Shown here piece after piece: positions 45,723 through 55,316 of a stretch of 64,000 bases of DNA (position 1 is its first letter; each line of letters begins with the position of its first letter). The stretch is taken from IMG/VR virus record IMGVR_UViG_3300037067_006298, positions 1 to 64,000 of that record; one strand, given 5' to 3'. This DNA is from a virus (taxonomy: Duplodnaviria; Caudoviricetes). The position numbers were made by a program, and so were the translations under genes. Below the pieces are notes generated by a model that was not told where the DNA came from, did no database searches, and was given only the letters and a program-made list of their open reading frames with translations.

Positions 45723-47945
45723 TTAACTATAAGTCCTTTTCTGAAAGAAGTTGTCAAGCACATATTCCTTCTCGTTCAATTCTTCTATCTCATCATAAAC
45801 TCCACGAGTCCCAAGTAATGCATATCCCCCTGCTGTGAATAAGTCATAATTAGTCATGTCTTCAGGACCATCAATATCCCTGCACTCTTCAAGAACTTCA
45901 ATATGAGTTTCAATATCCGCCTCGTTCTCAATCCATGTCATGTACTCAGTAAAAATGTCCTGTTTTACTTTGTTTGCAGTAGTCCCGGGAGTTTTGTTTA
46001 TCTCGAAAGTTTTAGGATCAATCTTAAAAAGTAGATATTCCGAATATCCTCTTTCTACAAAATAATCCCAAAGTAACGGAACGTCTATTTCAGGGAACAT
46101 CTTTACTCCATAATACACGCACATCATAAGCATATCTTCTGCATAGATATTTTTATCAAAAGTTCTCTGTGCATAGGTGCAGACAAATTTCCGTTTCATT
46201 GAAAAATCTCCGTCTCTGATTTTTCCTTTCCTTACAACGGCTCCTCCTCCTTTTGACTTTCTATTTCCCTCTGTGATATTGAATTTGAATGGGTCTCCTC
46301 CTGCTACTCCCCAATGCGTGTTTGCGGGTTCAATTAATCCATCATCATTCCTGATCCACTTATTAGATTCACTATCATTTAATTGTTGACTGAGACGAAA
46401 TTTGCCTTGCGGATTGGCAACAAAAATAACTTTGGAATCCCTGAGATTGTCTTTCCATGCAAAATTACCTACCGCAATATCCTGTCGTGCAAAAGTCAGA
46501 TTGTCAATATAGTTTTCAACTTTGTTCATATTGAACCCTGATGACTTTGATGCGGTTCTGAAACATTCTGCAAATCGGATAGGGTATAGTCTTATGTTTT
46601 CCGATAATTTCTCTTGGTCTAACTCATACCCTTTTCGTATGTTAAGCAAATACTCGTGTGCTCCTATTTTTCTTCCGATGTATTCCGCTTGCATTTTATT
46701 TGGTGTTCCCTTTATACTCATCCCGTACGGGTCAATGAATCCCTGTAATCCATCGTCTGCCGGAATAAATAAGTTTGCAAGGCCTGACTTAGTTTGTCCG
46801 TTCGGGTTTCGTTCATAATACTTACTCATGTTGCACTGGTCTTTAAATGCCTTCCCTCCTCCTTTTTCCATCTCTCCTACGGTGGAAGTCTTAATGGTGA
46901 ATCCGATTATATCACCTCCCATTACAAGGCATTCCTTGACTACTGCGTGTCGATCCCAACAAGAAAGTCCCTTTTTAAGTTTTCCCACCTCGTCATCATG
47001 ATGAAAATATAGTTTGTCACCATCATAAGCTGACGGGTCTGCCATTTCATAATTAATACCTGATTCAAGTCCCAAGTCTGACTTTGATAATGCTCCTTTT
47101 GAAGATAGTCTGGTCGCCGGAGGTGAAAATGAAAGTTCTGTTTTCGGAGACGTTGAACCCTCGTAACTTGGTTTAAAGAAGAAAGGCAATTTCTTCCATG
47201 GCGCAACAAGGTGTCTCAGGAAGCATTTACGAGCCTGAACATCATTCATAGACTGAATCCCTCCGAAAGCTCCCATCGTTCTGCTTATAATCTCGTAGTT
47301 GATACATTCAGCCTTGTACGTTGCTCCTTCCCTACGGTGTTTTGCATAATTGAACCCAAAGAATAGTCTTCTTCCGAAGTCAACCCATTCATATTTTCCG
47401 TCTTTGTCTCTTATGGCTTTCCCTTCTGCATCTACTCTTGGTGCCTTTGTTTCGGTGTATATTTTTCTGGCGAACAAAAAGAATCTTCGATCTCTGTCTC
47501 TGTATTTTGGTAATCCTACATCAATAAACCACCATCCGCAATAGAAGTAATGCCACCCGTCAATGTATGTTGGTACTCCATTATTGTAGAACCAATATCC
47601 CTGAAGCCTTCGTCTCCATTGTAGGTCAATAAACTCTATCTCTTCAGAATAAATATCCTTGTGTTCCTCCAATTGTTCCCATATCTCATCCAAAGTCTCG
47701 TGCTTTGATTGGAGTTCCTTTAATCTCTTTGGTAATTTAGGTGGGTGCCACATCTGTTCCTTTGCCGGAAGTCCAAAATTATCAATAAGATGAGGTTCTG
47801 GAGGCACTGGTAATTCAATCTCTATCGGGAACAAATCTTTATCATCGGTATTGACAAACACACTCTTCTCTGCATCCTGATATTGTGACAATATTTGAGG
47901 ATCAACTTCTTTATAATATCTCTTTAAGAGTGCAAGGTGGTTCAT
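45723..47945 (-). CDS. terL: terminase large subunit (crAss-like)
   Basis: FYNNGVPTYIDG.HYFY, K.RREGAT Walker A region, HHDDEVGK Walker B, GGDP nuclease, E.MLM..VYYG. Confidence 0.9.
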   Translation of the reverse strand: MNHLALLKRYYKEVDPQILSQYQDAEKSVFVNTDDKDLFPIEIELPVPPEPHLIDNFGLPAKEQMWHPPKLPKRLKELQSKHETLDEIWEQLEEHKDIYSEEIEFIDLQWRRRLQGYWFYNNGVPTYIDGWHYFYCGWWFIDVGLPKYRDRDRRFFLFARKIYTETKAPRVDAEGKAIRDKDGKYEWVDFGRRLFFGFNYAKHRREGATYKAECINYEIISRTMGAFGGIQSMNDVQARKCFLRHLVAPWKKLPFFFKPSYEGSTSPKTELSFSPPATRLSSKGALSKSDLGLESGINYEMADPSAYDGDKLYFHHDDEVGKLKKGLSCWDRHAVVKECLVMGGDIIGFTIKTSTVGEMEKGGGKAFKDQCNMSKYYERNPNGQTKSGLANLFIPADDGLQGFIDPYGMSIKGTPNKMQAEYIGRKIGAHEYLLNIRKGYELDQEKLSENIRLYPIRFAECFRTASKSSGFNMNKVENYIDNLTFARQDIAVGNFAWKDNLRDSKVIFVANPQGKFRLSQQLNDSESNKWIRNDDGLIEPANTHWGVAGGDPFKFNITEGNRKSKGGGAVVRKGKIRDGDFSMKRKFVCTYAQRTFDKNIYAEDMLMMCVYYGVKMFPEIDVPLLWDYFVERGYSEYLLFKIDPKTFEINKTPGTTANKVKQDIFTEYMTWIENEADIETHIEVLEECRDIDGPEDMTNYDLFTAGGYALLGTRGVYDEIEELNEKEYVLDNFFQKRTYS

Positions 47946-48787
47946 CTTGGAAATGTATTCTTAATTACTTGTTCATAATTAATCGAGAATAAACTTTGCA
48001 TTTTATGTTCTTCTATTGATAATTTGCTGATCCACCAATAAAACGCTTCATAAGGATCGTTAAAAAACTTACTTATGCTTTTTCCCGCATTAATATTCTT
48101 TTCAATGGAATTAACTGTTGTTGTTACAAATCGTGGAAACATTTTATATTCTCTCATCCTTTGAGGTTGTTGTCCTAAAGGACACCCGATACATCCAAGA
48201 CGATGAAATCCTTTATCATAAAAATCTGAATATGCAAGATTGTTCTTATGAATGTATGCCCATATATCTTTAGTCGTCCAGTGCATAATAGGATATACGT
48301 GAATCTTATCCTTTATCCTTGTGTCGCAAACTTCCGGTTCTTTAAGTGCTAATAACCGCCTCCCTCTCTTTGATATTTTTTTTGATGTTTTCCCTCTTTT
48401 AGCCCAACTTATTTCTTCTTCCCTTGACTCATCAATTCTTAATCCTTCGTAAGTTTTTGCGCCCTTACCGACATATTCTTTTAGATGTTGACAACAAAAT
48501 CTGTTCTGCCGTGTTGGTAGTCCATATTTTTCAATCAATTCCCAAAAAGAATAACGAGGTTGAATGATTTGTACATCAGGAAAATTATTTCTGATAAACG
48601 AAATATGCCCGGGAGGATCAATAGTTGTATTTTGATAACTATATGTAAAAGCAAGTCCCGTCTTTCTGGCTAATTCTTTTAAGACAACACTATCCTTACC
48701 TCCCGAAAACTGAACAATATTTTCACGTCTTGGGTCATAAAGACCAATCAGTATTTTGATACTCTGTTTTTCTAAATCTGTATTCAT
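47942..48787 (-). CDS. PAPS reductase family protein
   Basis: FSGGKDS PP-loop; RFCC..LK; GLR..ES; PI..W....IW.YI; R.GCIGCP. Confidence 0.85.
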   Translation of the reverse strand: MNTDLEKQSIKILIGLYDPRRENIVQFSGGKDSVVLKELARKTGLAFTYSYQNTTIDPPGHISFIRNNFPDVQIIQPRYSFWELIEKYGLPTRQNRFCCQHLKEYVGKGAKTYEGLRIDESREEEISWAKRGKTSKKISKRGRRLLALKEPEVCDTRIKDKIHVYPIMHWTTKDIWAYIHKNNLAYSDFYDKGFHRLGCIGCPLGQQPQRMREYKMFPRFVTTTVNSIEKNINAGKSISKFFNDPYEAFYWWISKLSIEEHKMQSLFSINYEQVIKNTFPR

Positions 48788-50100
48788 CTTCCTCGTAATG
48801 TGTATCCTTCCTCGTCATGGTGACAAGTAAGTGTTTTAATAAAATATCCTTTTCTACCTGTCTGCTTCATTTCTTCGGTAAGTCTTATCCAAAGGTCTGC
48901 ATCTCCCGGATTCGGTGTCCCTGTGGCCTCAAATACATCCCTATAACGTAATTTAGTGTCCGAATACTTCACGCAAGAACTTGATGCTATCATTCCTCCC
49001 GGAACCGGATAAAACTCTTCTACTTCGTTATTAAGTGGCTTATATGGCAAGTGGACAGTATTGTAACTTGATGCCGTGCAGACAAAAAATGGATTTTTTT
49101 CTTCAATAACCCGATTAATGAGTTCCAAATGATTGTTTCCCCATGAGTCATCGTGGTCTAAATGGCAGATATACTCAATACCATCTTTCAAAGCATGATC
49201 TATTCCTGTAATGAAAGCCGTCAATCCTCCGCTACACCACAACTTCATGTCTCCAAATTTATACTTCTCCCTTTCTACTGAATGTGGCAAGTTGATGCAC
49301 GTTACATTTGGGTATGGTGTTATTATTGTTTTCAGTTCCATGTCGTTATCATAATGATCTCCTATAACATAGACCTGAAAGTTCTTAAATGTCTGAGAAT
49401 GGATGCTTGCGAGTGCCCGTCTGAGGTATGCAGGAGTCTTCCCGTCTGGTCTCTGATAGGTTGCGATAACAACTCCTATCTTTGCTATGTTTTTTTTAAG
49501 AATGAAGCAATTACTTTCCGTAACAGTTAATGGAAATGCACCTATCTCATTTTTCATACACCCAATAACTTCATATCTATTGCCCATACATGAGACTATG
49601 CGATCAATTGCAGGTTTTACTTCGGGACTGAACTGACTATCCATGTAATCATCAAAAACAATATATCCTCCCGGTTTCACCATCCCTGAGTACATCTCAA
49701 AGTCCTGAGTTACATCAGTAAATGAGTGTCCTCCATCAATGAATAATATATCTATGCCTCCATGAATACTATTTCTTATCCTGTTGACTATATTTACGTC
49801 ATGTGAACTCCCCTGTATGTACTCAAACTTATTTCCGGGATAATTATGTCTTAAAACATTTGCGTATGCGATATTTGGGCTTATTGGAGTTCCTGTATCA
49901 ATGGAAAATACATTAGTCTTAGGTCTTTGAGTCATAAGACATGCGCTCGCTCCCGCATAACACCCGATTTCTACATAATTTATTTCACCTTCATACATAC
50001 TGGCAATGTCATAAAGAACATGAAAGTGATGATGAAATGTTTTTACGGTCTTGCTAATCTCTGCAAGTAGATCGAGTGACTTTTGAGAATGAATTATCAT
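48784..50100 (-). CDS. class I SAM methyltransferase (Methyltransf_24-like) fused to GT2 glycosyltransferase
   Basis: VEIGCYAGAS, ILFIDGGH, LVKPGG.IVFDDY-like; VIATYQR, L.SI..QT, HLDHDDSW. Confidence 0.8.
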   Translation of the reverse strand: MIIHSQKSLDLLAEISKTVKTFHHHFHVLYDIASMYEGEINYVEIGCYAGASACLMTQRPKTNVFSIDTGTPISPNIAYANVLRHNYPGNKFEYIQGSSHDVNIVNRIRNSIHGGIDILFIDGGHSFTDVTQDFEMYSGMVKPGGYIVFDDYMDSQFSPEVKPAIDRIVSCMGNRYEVIGCMKNEIGAFPLTVTESNCFILKKNIAKIGVVIATYQRPDGKTPAYLRRALASIHSQTFKNFQVYVIGDHYDNDMELKTIITPYPNVTCINLPHSVEREKYKFGDMKLWCSGGLTAFITGIDHALKDGIEYICHLDHDDSWGNNHLELINRVIEEKNPFFVCTASSYNTVHLPYKPLNNEVEEFYPVPGGMIASSSCVKYSDTKLRYRDVFEATGTPNPGDADLWIRLTEEMKQTGRKGYFIKTLTCHHDEEGYTLRGR

Positions 50101-50825
50101 ATAAATTGTAATATTGTTTGTGATTTAAAATTAGCAAATCTCTTTTCTTCTTTATCAAAATAAGATTTATCTATCTCAAAACCAATAAAGTTAATTTCTG
50201 ATTTATATGCAGCTATTCTATTAGAACCACTTCCCAGATGAGTATCAATAACCCACATCCCACTTTCCCCAAATTCTTTATACATCAAATCATAAATTAA
50301 TACAGGTTTTTGAGTTGGATGTATTCTTTTTTCATTGAGTTTTTTGTTTCCTTGTTGTATCATTGGTTCTTTTAAACTTTTGGCTTGCATCATTCCCGCC
50401 CAAAGAAGTGGTACTGTTATTTCATAATCAATAAAACTACAATAAGCAACTTCATATCTATTAAAACTTACTCCATCGGCGACTCCTTTGTCCCATCTAA
50501 TCCTTCCGTTTCCTAACCCTGTCCAATTTACAAATTCAACTCCAAAAATTATTTGATGTCTACTGATTCTTAAAAGTTCATCAAAGTATTCCTGTCCCGG
50601 GACTTCTTTATCCCAATCTTTTAATTCATAAGGTACTTTATTTCTATTTCCATTCAATCTTGTTCCATTCTTCTGCTTTACGGTTGTGTTCATTTCTTTT
50701 AAAAATGGCATGTTTGCAACATCTTTCCCATAAGGTATGTCACAAACAGCAATATCAAATTGTTTGTCTTTAAAAGAATATATTTTATTTCTATAATCTT
50801 CATTATAGACTATACTGGTTAACAT
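50097..50825 (-). CDS. DNA N6-adenine/N4-cytosine methyltransferase
   Basis: DIPY (DPPY-like), HPTQKPV, DTHLGSGS, GFEID. Confidence 0.85.
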   Translation of the reverse strand: MLTSIVYNEDYRNKIYSFKDKQFDIAVCDIPYGKDVANMPFLKEMNTTVKQKNGTRLNGNRNKVPYELKDWDKEVPGQEYFDELLRISRHQIIFGVEFVNWTGLGNGRIRWDKGVADGVSFNRYEVAYCSFIDYEITVPLLWAGMMQAKSLKEPMIQQGNKKLNEKRIHPTQKPVLIYDLMYKEFGESGMWVIDTHLGSGSNRIAAYKSEINFIGFEIDKSYFDKEEKRFANFKSQTILQFI

Positions 50826-51523
50826 ATTATTGTTTTGTAATTACAGGTTTTTGTTTGATTGAAAATATTGGGATTGTTTTTTCTAAACTCATAATACGGA
50901 TGCCCTTTCTGGTAGTAATCCCACGTCAGATGATATGCCTTTGCACCCTTTGTTTTTACCCATCTTAATCCCTTAGATGCACATGCCATACGAAAATCAT
51001 CATCTATTGAACGGGGTGCATTAAAGAGAATGTCAAGGTCTTTATTTTGAAGTGTCATCAAATGTGCTCCACTATCACACCAGATATAATCTTTGGTTAC
51101 TTGTTTTGCTCTCGGAATCCAATCGGAAGGTTTTGCAATATGATGTGGAAAATTGCTCATATTCAAATCTACCGTGCATACCCCTACTTCCGGGTGTTGA
51201 AGTATCTGCCAAATCTCCTGAAATGTATTTGCCGTATTATTTACAAGCAAGTCTGCATCAGTAAAAGTGATATAAGGATATTGTCTTATTAATGGTTGAA
51301 AGTCTCTCAGGAATATCTTAACTGCGTTATCCGCTATATTTTCCTCGAACTGAATATATCCTTTTAGTCTTTGTTGAATTAAAAATGCCTCTATCTGTGG
51401 ACTGTTTGGACTCTTGTTTTCAACAATGAAGTAATCCTTGTTGTCCATGTACATACTCTCGAAACACTTTGCAATATGTTCGTGGTTATTATAACACCAT
51501 AATATGCAAAGATGATTATTCAT
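50819..51523 (-). CDS. GT-A fold glycosyltransferase-like protein
   Basis: YNN.E.I.KC.ES, IVENKS, FTDADL (DxD), A.HL.W. Confidence 0.55.
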   Translation of the reverse strand: MNNHLCILWCYNNHEHIAKCFESMYMDNKDYFIVENKSPNSPQIEAFLIQQRLKGYIQFEENIADNAVKIFLRDFQPLIRQYPYITFTDADLLVNNTANTFQEIWQILQHPEVGVCTVDLNMSNFPHHIAKPSDWIPRAKQVTKDYIWCDSGAHLMTLQNKDLDILFNAPRSIDDDFRMACASKGLRWVKTKGAKAYHLTWDYYQKGHPYYEFRKNNPNIFNQTKTCNYKTIIC

Positions 51524-52158
51524 TTACGATGATAATTTGGCACGATAACCCTGTCTGTGTTGTTACACGTCAGAAGTTCATTGCTTCCAATATTCACGTC
51601 AACTGTTACTCCCGCATGCACGGCACTATCGTTTCCGATATTTATGTGAGGTACCACCGATGATCTTATGCCAAAGAAGTTCCGATCTCCTATTGTGCAA
51701 TGTCCGCATACGATTGTTGCGGATAATATATTATGATTTCCTACGGTGCAGTCATGCCCGATGTCGCACCAGGGAGTAAGGTAATTGAAGTCACCAAGTT
51801 TCACATTTGCCCCGATTAGCGACCATGCTCCTACAATGTTTCCCTCTCCCTTTATCTCTGACTGAACAATACAAGATGAATGGATGACATTTGGAAATTT
51901 GGCTCCCTTTGCCTTCATTATAGCAACTACCTTTTGCCGGAAGTCAATATGTGTCATCCCAAGAACAAATACATCATCTGGCCCCGGACGATAATTGTCG
52001 ATAGTTCCAAGTATGGGATACTTCTGAAGATTGTCGTACTGCTTGTAGTATTTCCCGATGTTCTCAGGATATTCCAAGAATCCCAAGATGCCTTCAGGAA
52101 ACAAACTCATTATTTCTGATACGGCACCACCTGTGCCAATTATGATTATATTATTCAT
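51520..52158 (-). CDS. NeuD/PglD-type sugar acetyltransferase
   Basis: IIIGTGGA N-terminus, F..VIH, hexapeptide repeats with IGHDC; start at 52158 (MNNIII). Confidence 0.85.
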   Translation of the reverse strand: MNNIIIIGTGGAVSEIMSLFPEGILGFLEYPENIGKYYKQYDNLQKYPILGTIDNYRPGPDDVFVLGMTHIDFRQKVVAIMKAKGAKFPNVIHSSCIVQSEIKGEGNIVGAWSLIGANVKLGDFNYLTPWCDIGHDCTVGNHNILSATIVCGHCTIGDRNFFGIRSSVVPHINIGNDSAVHAGVTVDVNIGSNELLTCNNTDRVIVPNYHRK

Positions 52159-52795
52159 GTTGTGTATAAATTTTGTGTTTACTGAGGTCGGGGTACGGTA
52201 ACTCGATGTCCGGCATTTGTTTTTTTGTACCATTAACGTTATAAAACTTCGCCATATTGAGAAGTCCAAGAGATGCAATCATTGGATTCATGTAAAAGTT
52301 ATAACCAATCATCTTAAAAGAATCCTGAACAAGATAACCGCACTCCTCTCTTCCTGAGAAACGAGCCTTTTTAAACCACACATAAGCATCATAATTATCA
52401 GTTAAAATACACCCTCCCTTCCCCAGATTCAAGTGCTTATAAGCTCCTGTGAATGAACAACACATATAGGTATCTGGTAAGTACATATCCCCTGTGAATC
52501 TGAGTGCGGAATCCCATACTTTGCTTCCAAGTAACGGATACGCTCCTTTCAAATATCCATCTACACTTCCTGTTGGTTTATAGAACTTTACATTTCCTCC
52601 TGCATGTATGATTTCGCACGGAATTGACGGATAGGTATAGCAAGGTATAACGATATCCTTCCCTTTGATGTTATCATACATCAACGCAAGGAATATAGCA
52701 TTGCTTTGATTATCTACCGTTACACAATATGGTGCTCCGGTGTATTTGCATATTTCCTCCTCAAAAGCCCTTGTTACTTCATGCACGTTGTTCAT
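52151..52795 (-). CDS. DegT/DnrJ/EryC1/StrS PLP aminotransferase (short form)
   Basis: FEE.I..YTGA.Y...V.N.SNAI.LAL, P..TY.S, SF...YKHL..G.GG.I.TD, GYN.YM. Confidence 0.8.
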   Translation of the reverse strand: MNNVHEVTRAFEEEICKYTGAPYCVTVDNQSNAIFLALMYDNIKGKDIVIPCYTYPSIPCEIIHAGGNVKFYKPTGSVDGYLKGAYPLLGSKVWDSALRFTGDMYLPDTYMCCSFTGAYKHLNLGKGGCILTDNYDAYVWFKKARFSGREECGYLVQDSFKMIGYNFYMNPMIASLGLLNMAKFYNVNGTKKQMPDIELPYPDLSKHKIYTQHE

Positions 52796-53015
52796 AGCAT
52801 TTCTTTATTTCGTTTTCGATTAACTTAAAACTTATCAAATTTCCTACTGCCTCGTCCGGGATTATTATGTCAAACTCCCTTTCCAGAAATACAATCATCT
52901 GTACGTGATGTATGGAATCCCAATTTGAGGTATTATCCATATTGGACTGATCGGTTATTTTCTCAATAGGCATCTCGAATACCCTTGCCATAACCTTTTT
53001 TATTCTCTCATTCAT
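52779..53015 (-). CDS. acyl carrier protein
   Basis: 78 aa acidic; WDSI.HV....LE.EF.I phosphopantetheine Ser motif. Confidence 0.9.
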   Translation of the reverse strand: MNERIKKVMARVFEMPIEKITDQSNMDNTSNWDSIHHVQMIVFLEREFDIIIPDEAVGNLISFKLIENEIKKCYEQRA

Positions 53016-53982
53016 AACGGAAGTATTTTGCTGCGTGTGGTTTGTAGTCGTTACTATTTATTGTGAATATACTTTTATCATCTGTAAAGTTAAATCCAAG
53101 TTTCGGATAAAAGTCTGCCACCTGTCCATTTTTTGATGTCGGGACATAAATACCTAAAACTAATGTATCTGATTTTCGTTTCTTGTAGTCTTTCATTATC
53201 TTGTCTATAAAGGCATATTCAATGCCTCTGCCAAGTATCCGACAACTTAACAAGAATATATCTATAACTCCATGATATATTGCACATACTCCTGTCAATC
53301 CATTATCTCCAAACTTATCCTTTACCGACAAGGTATATACATATCCAGACGCCATGAATCTCTTTATATTATCCTCATTACAACGATGGGATGTCAAGTT
53401 GAATTGATTTGTCTTTTGAGTAAGTTCCACAATACGTGGGATGTGTTTCGATTCATTGACCTCTATTTTGAGCACCATGTCAAGAGATGCAAGGTATTCA
53501 TTGATGTCCGTGAATTGTTCCTTTGCTTTCGCTCTCTGGTAGTTCTCCTTGTACTGTTGGGTCTTTGTGAAATTTCCTTTGAGGTCAAAATTATCCAAAA
53601 CAACTCTCGTTAACTCTTGGGGAGTGATTGTCATTACTTCCGGCAACTGTTTCTTTACAAGTTCCCTTTCAAATTCAGAATCATCTACAAATACTATCGC
53701 ATCCAACCCGACATTAAGTTCTTCTGCAATCTCTTTCAGATTCGATGCCTTGTCGTTCCAATTAATGCGTTTTACAGAGATATATTTCTCGGTCAATAAC
53801 TGATCTTTCATTGCCTCTATCACGTCTGTTTCATTGTTCTTGCTACACAATCCAATGATTACACCATGATTTGCAAAGAATATAATATCTTGCTGCAGGT
53901 CGGTGTCGTGTTTTATTTCTTCTTCTCCAACAATCCCTTTCCATAGGGTGTTATCGCAATCAAAGATTATTGCTTTTTTCAT
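53008..53982 (-). CDS. fkbH: FkbH-like HAD-IIIC glyceryl-ACP synthase
   Basis: DCDNTLW.G, CSKN, INWNDK..N, FVDDS..E, KTNQFNL, DKFGD.G, LSCR.LGRG.E. Confidence 0.92.
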   Translation of the reverse strand: MKKAIIFDCDNTLWKGIVGEEEIKHDTDLQQDIIFFANHGVIIGLCSKNNETDVIEAMKDQLLTEKYISVKRINWNDKASNLKEIAEELNVGLDAIVFVDDSEFERELVKKQLPEVMTITPQELTRVVLDNFDLKGNFTKTQQYKENYQRAKAKEQFTDINEYLASLDMVLKIEVNESKHIPRIVELTQKTNQFNLTSHRCNEDNIKRFMASGYVYTLSVKDKFGDNGLTGVCAIYHGVIDIFLLSCRILGRGIEYAFIDKIMKDYKKRKSDTLVLGIYVPTSKNGQVADFYPKLGFNFTDDKSIFTINSNDYKPHAAKYFRYE

Positions 53983-54359
53983 TCCTTACATTTTACTAAT
54001 GAAGTACTACTTAATACCATTACTCCGTGTTGATTATGTATGTTTATTCCAAGTTTTATCTGATTAAACTTTGGCATTTTATCCATTACTTGAGCCTCTA
54101 TGGTTAACTCATCGTTCACATAGACAGGACTCAAAAAAGACATATTCTGTCTTACCCAAATTGCTCCATCTCCCGGCAAATGCATTCCTATCATTGTAGA
54201 AATAAAAGATGCCACTAACATACCGTGAACAATAGCATTTTCTCCAAAGTGTATAGAATTAGTATCGCCTGTAATTGCTACAAATGTATAGACGTCAGAG
54301 GCGTATATAGCAACTTTTTTGGACATTTTTTGTCCAATTTTAATTTCTTCGTACTTCAT
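53979..54359 (-). CDS. MaoC family (hot-dog) dehydratase
   Basis: F..ITGD.N.IH...IVHGML..S.IS, F..PVY..D.L; start 54359 overlaps fabH stop (ATGA). Confidence 0.88.
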   Translation of the reverse strand: MKYEEIKIGQKMSKKVAIYASDVYTFVAITGDTNSIHFGENAIVHGMLVASFISTMIGMHLPGDGAIWVRQNMSFLSPVYVNDELTIEAQVMDKMPKFNQIKLGINIHNQHGVMVLSSTSLVKCKE

Positions 54360-55312
54360 AGCATCCTCCATAGATTTGCTCCAAAATTGAATCCTGCTCC
54401 AACACCTACAAGCATAAGTAAATCGCCTGACTTTATGAGTTTTTTATTTACAGCCTCATCAAGTGCTATTCCAATACTTGCTGCACCGGTGTTTCCTATC
54501 TCGTCAACATTGATGTATGACTTCTCTCGAGGTATTCTCATCTTGTCAAGGATATACTCATTAAGCACCTTGTTTGCCTGATGAAAGATAAAAAAATCAA
54601 TCTCACCAATGCTAAGATTTTCCTCTTTGAGAAGTTCTTTTATTGAATATGGCATATTGGTTACTGCCATCGTCCAAGTCTTGTGTCCTTCGTGTTCAAT
54701 TAGTCCTCCTTTTTTTAATCGGGTGTCCTCGTAATAGGTTGAATCGGTACAAAAGAATGAATTGATATGCCCAATGCCGTACGGTGTCCTTCCAAGCAAT
54801 ATCCCTGATGCTCCATCACTGAAAAATGGTGCCGAATATTTATCTGTCTTGTCAGTTAGTCTCGATAGTATCTCTACTCCGATGACAATGGCATATTTTA
54901 TCTTCTGGTTTCTTCGCATGGTATCTACTGCAATATCGGATGCAGTAATGAGTCCGGTGCATACTCCGTTTACATCTATTACTTCACAATGTTTTGGACC
55001 TCCTATTGCCTGATGTATCTTTGCAGACATTGGAGGAAACACATAATCCTGACTGAAAGAGGCAATCATAATGAGTCCTATTTCTTTCGGGTCTATGTGT
55101 GGAAATCCGTCTTTGAGTAATAACTTCTTTGCCACGATAGTTGCCATAGAAGATGCCGTCTCTCCCTCTGATACATAATACCTGCGTTTTATGCCAAGTT
55201 TTGACATTATCCATTCCTCTGTCATTCCGGGAACATTCTGACATACTTCCTTATTGGTGTTGATGTTGTTGGGCAAATAACTTGCCGTTTTGATTATTCC
55301 TATTCCGTTCAT
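54356..55312 (-). CDS. fabH: 3-oxoacyl-ACP synthase III (FabH-like)
   Basis: Cys-His-Asn triad: GVCTG, HQAN, GNTGAAS; LGI..R; GAG. Confidence 0.92.
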   Translation of the reverse strand: MNGIGIIKTASYLPNNINTNKEVCQNVPGMTEEWIMSKLGIKRRYYVSEGETASSMATIVAKKLLLKDGFPHIDPKEIGLIMIASFSQDYVFPPMSAKIHQAIGGPKHCEVIDVNGVCTGLITASDIAVDTMRRNQKIKYAIVIGVEILSRLTDKTDKYSAPFFSDGASGILLGRTPYGIGHINSFFCTDSTYYEDTRLKKGGLIEHEGHKTWTMAVTNMPYSIKELLKEENLSIGEIDFFIFHQANKVLNEYILDKMRIPREKSYINVDEIGNTGAASIGIALDEAVNKKLIKSGDLLMLVGVGAGFNFGANLWRML

Positions 55313-55316
55313 ATTA

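Noticed and set aside
52779-55312. Tetronate antibiotic biosynthesis (FkbH+ACP+FabH also build tetronates)
   Set aside because: No PKS or acyl-chain supply genes; context is sugar aminotransferase and glycosyltransferases, so glycan acylation is more parsimonious
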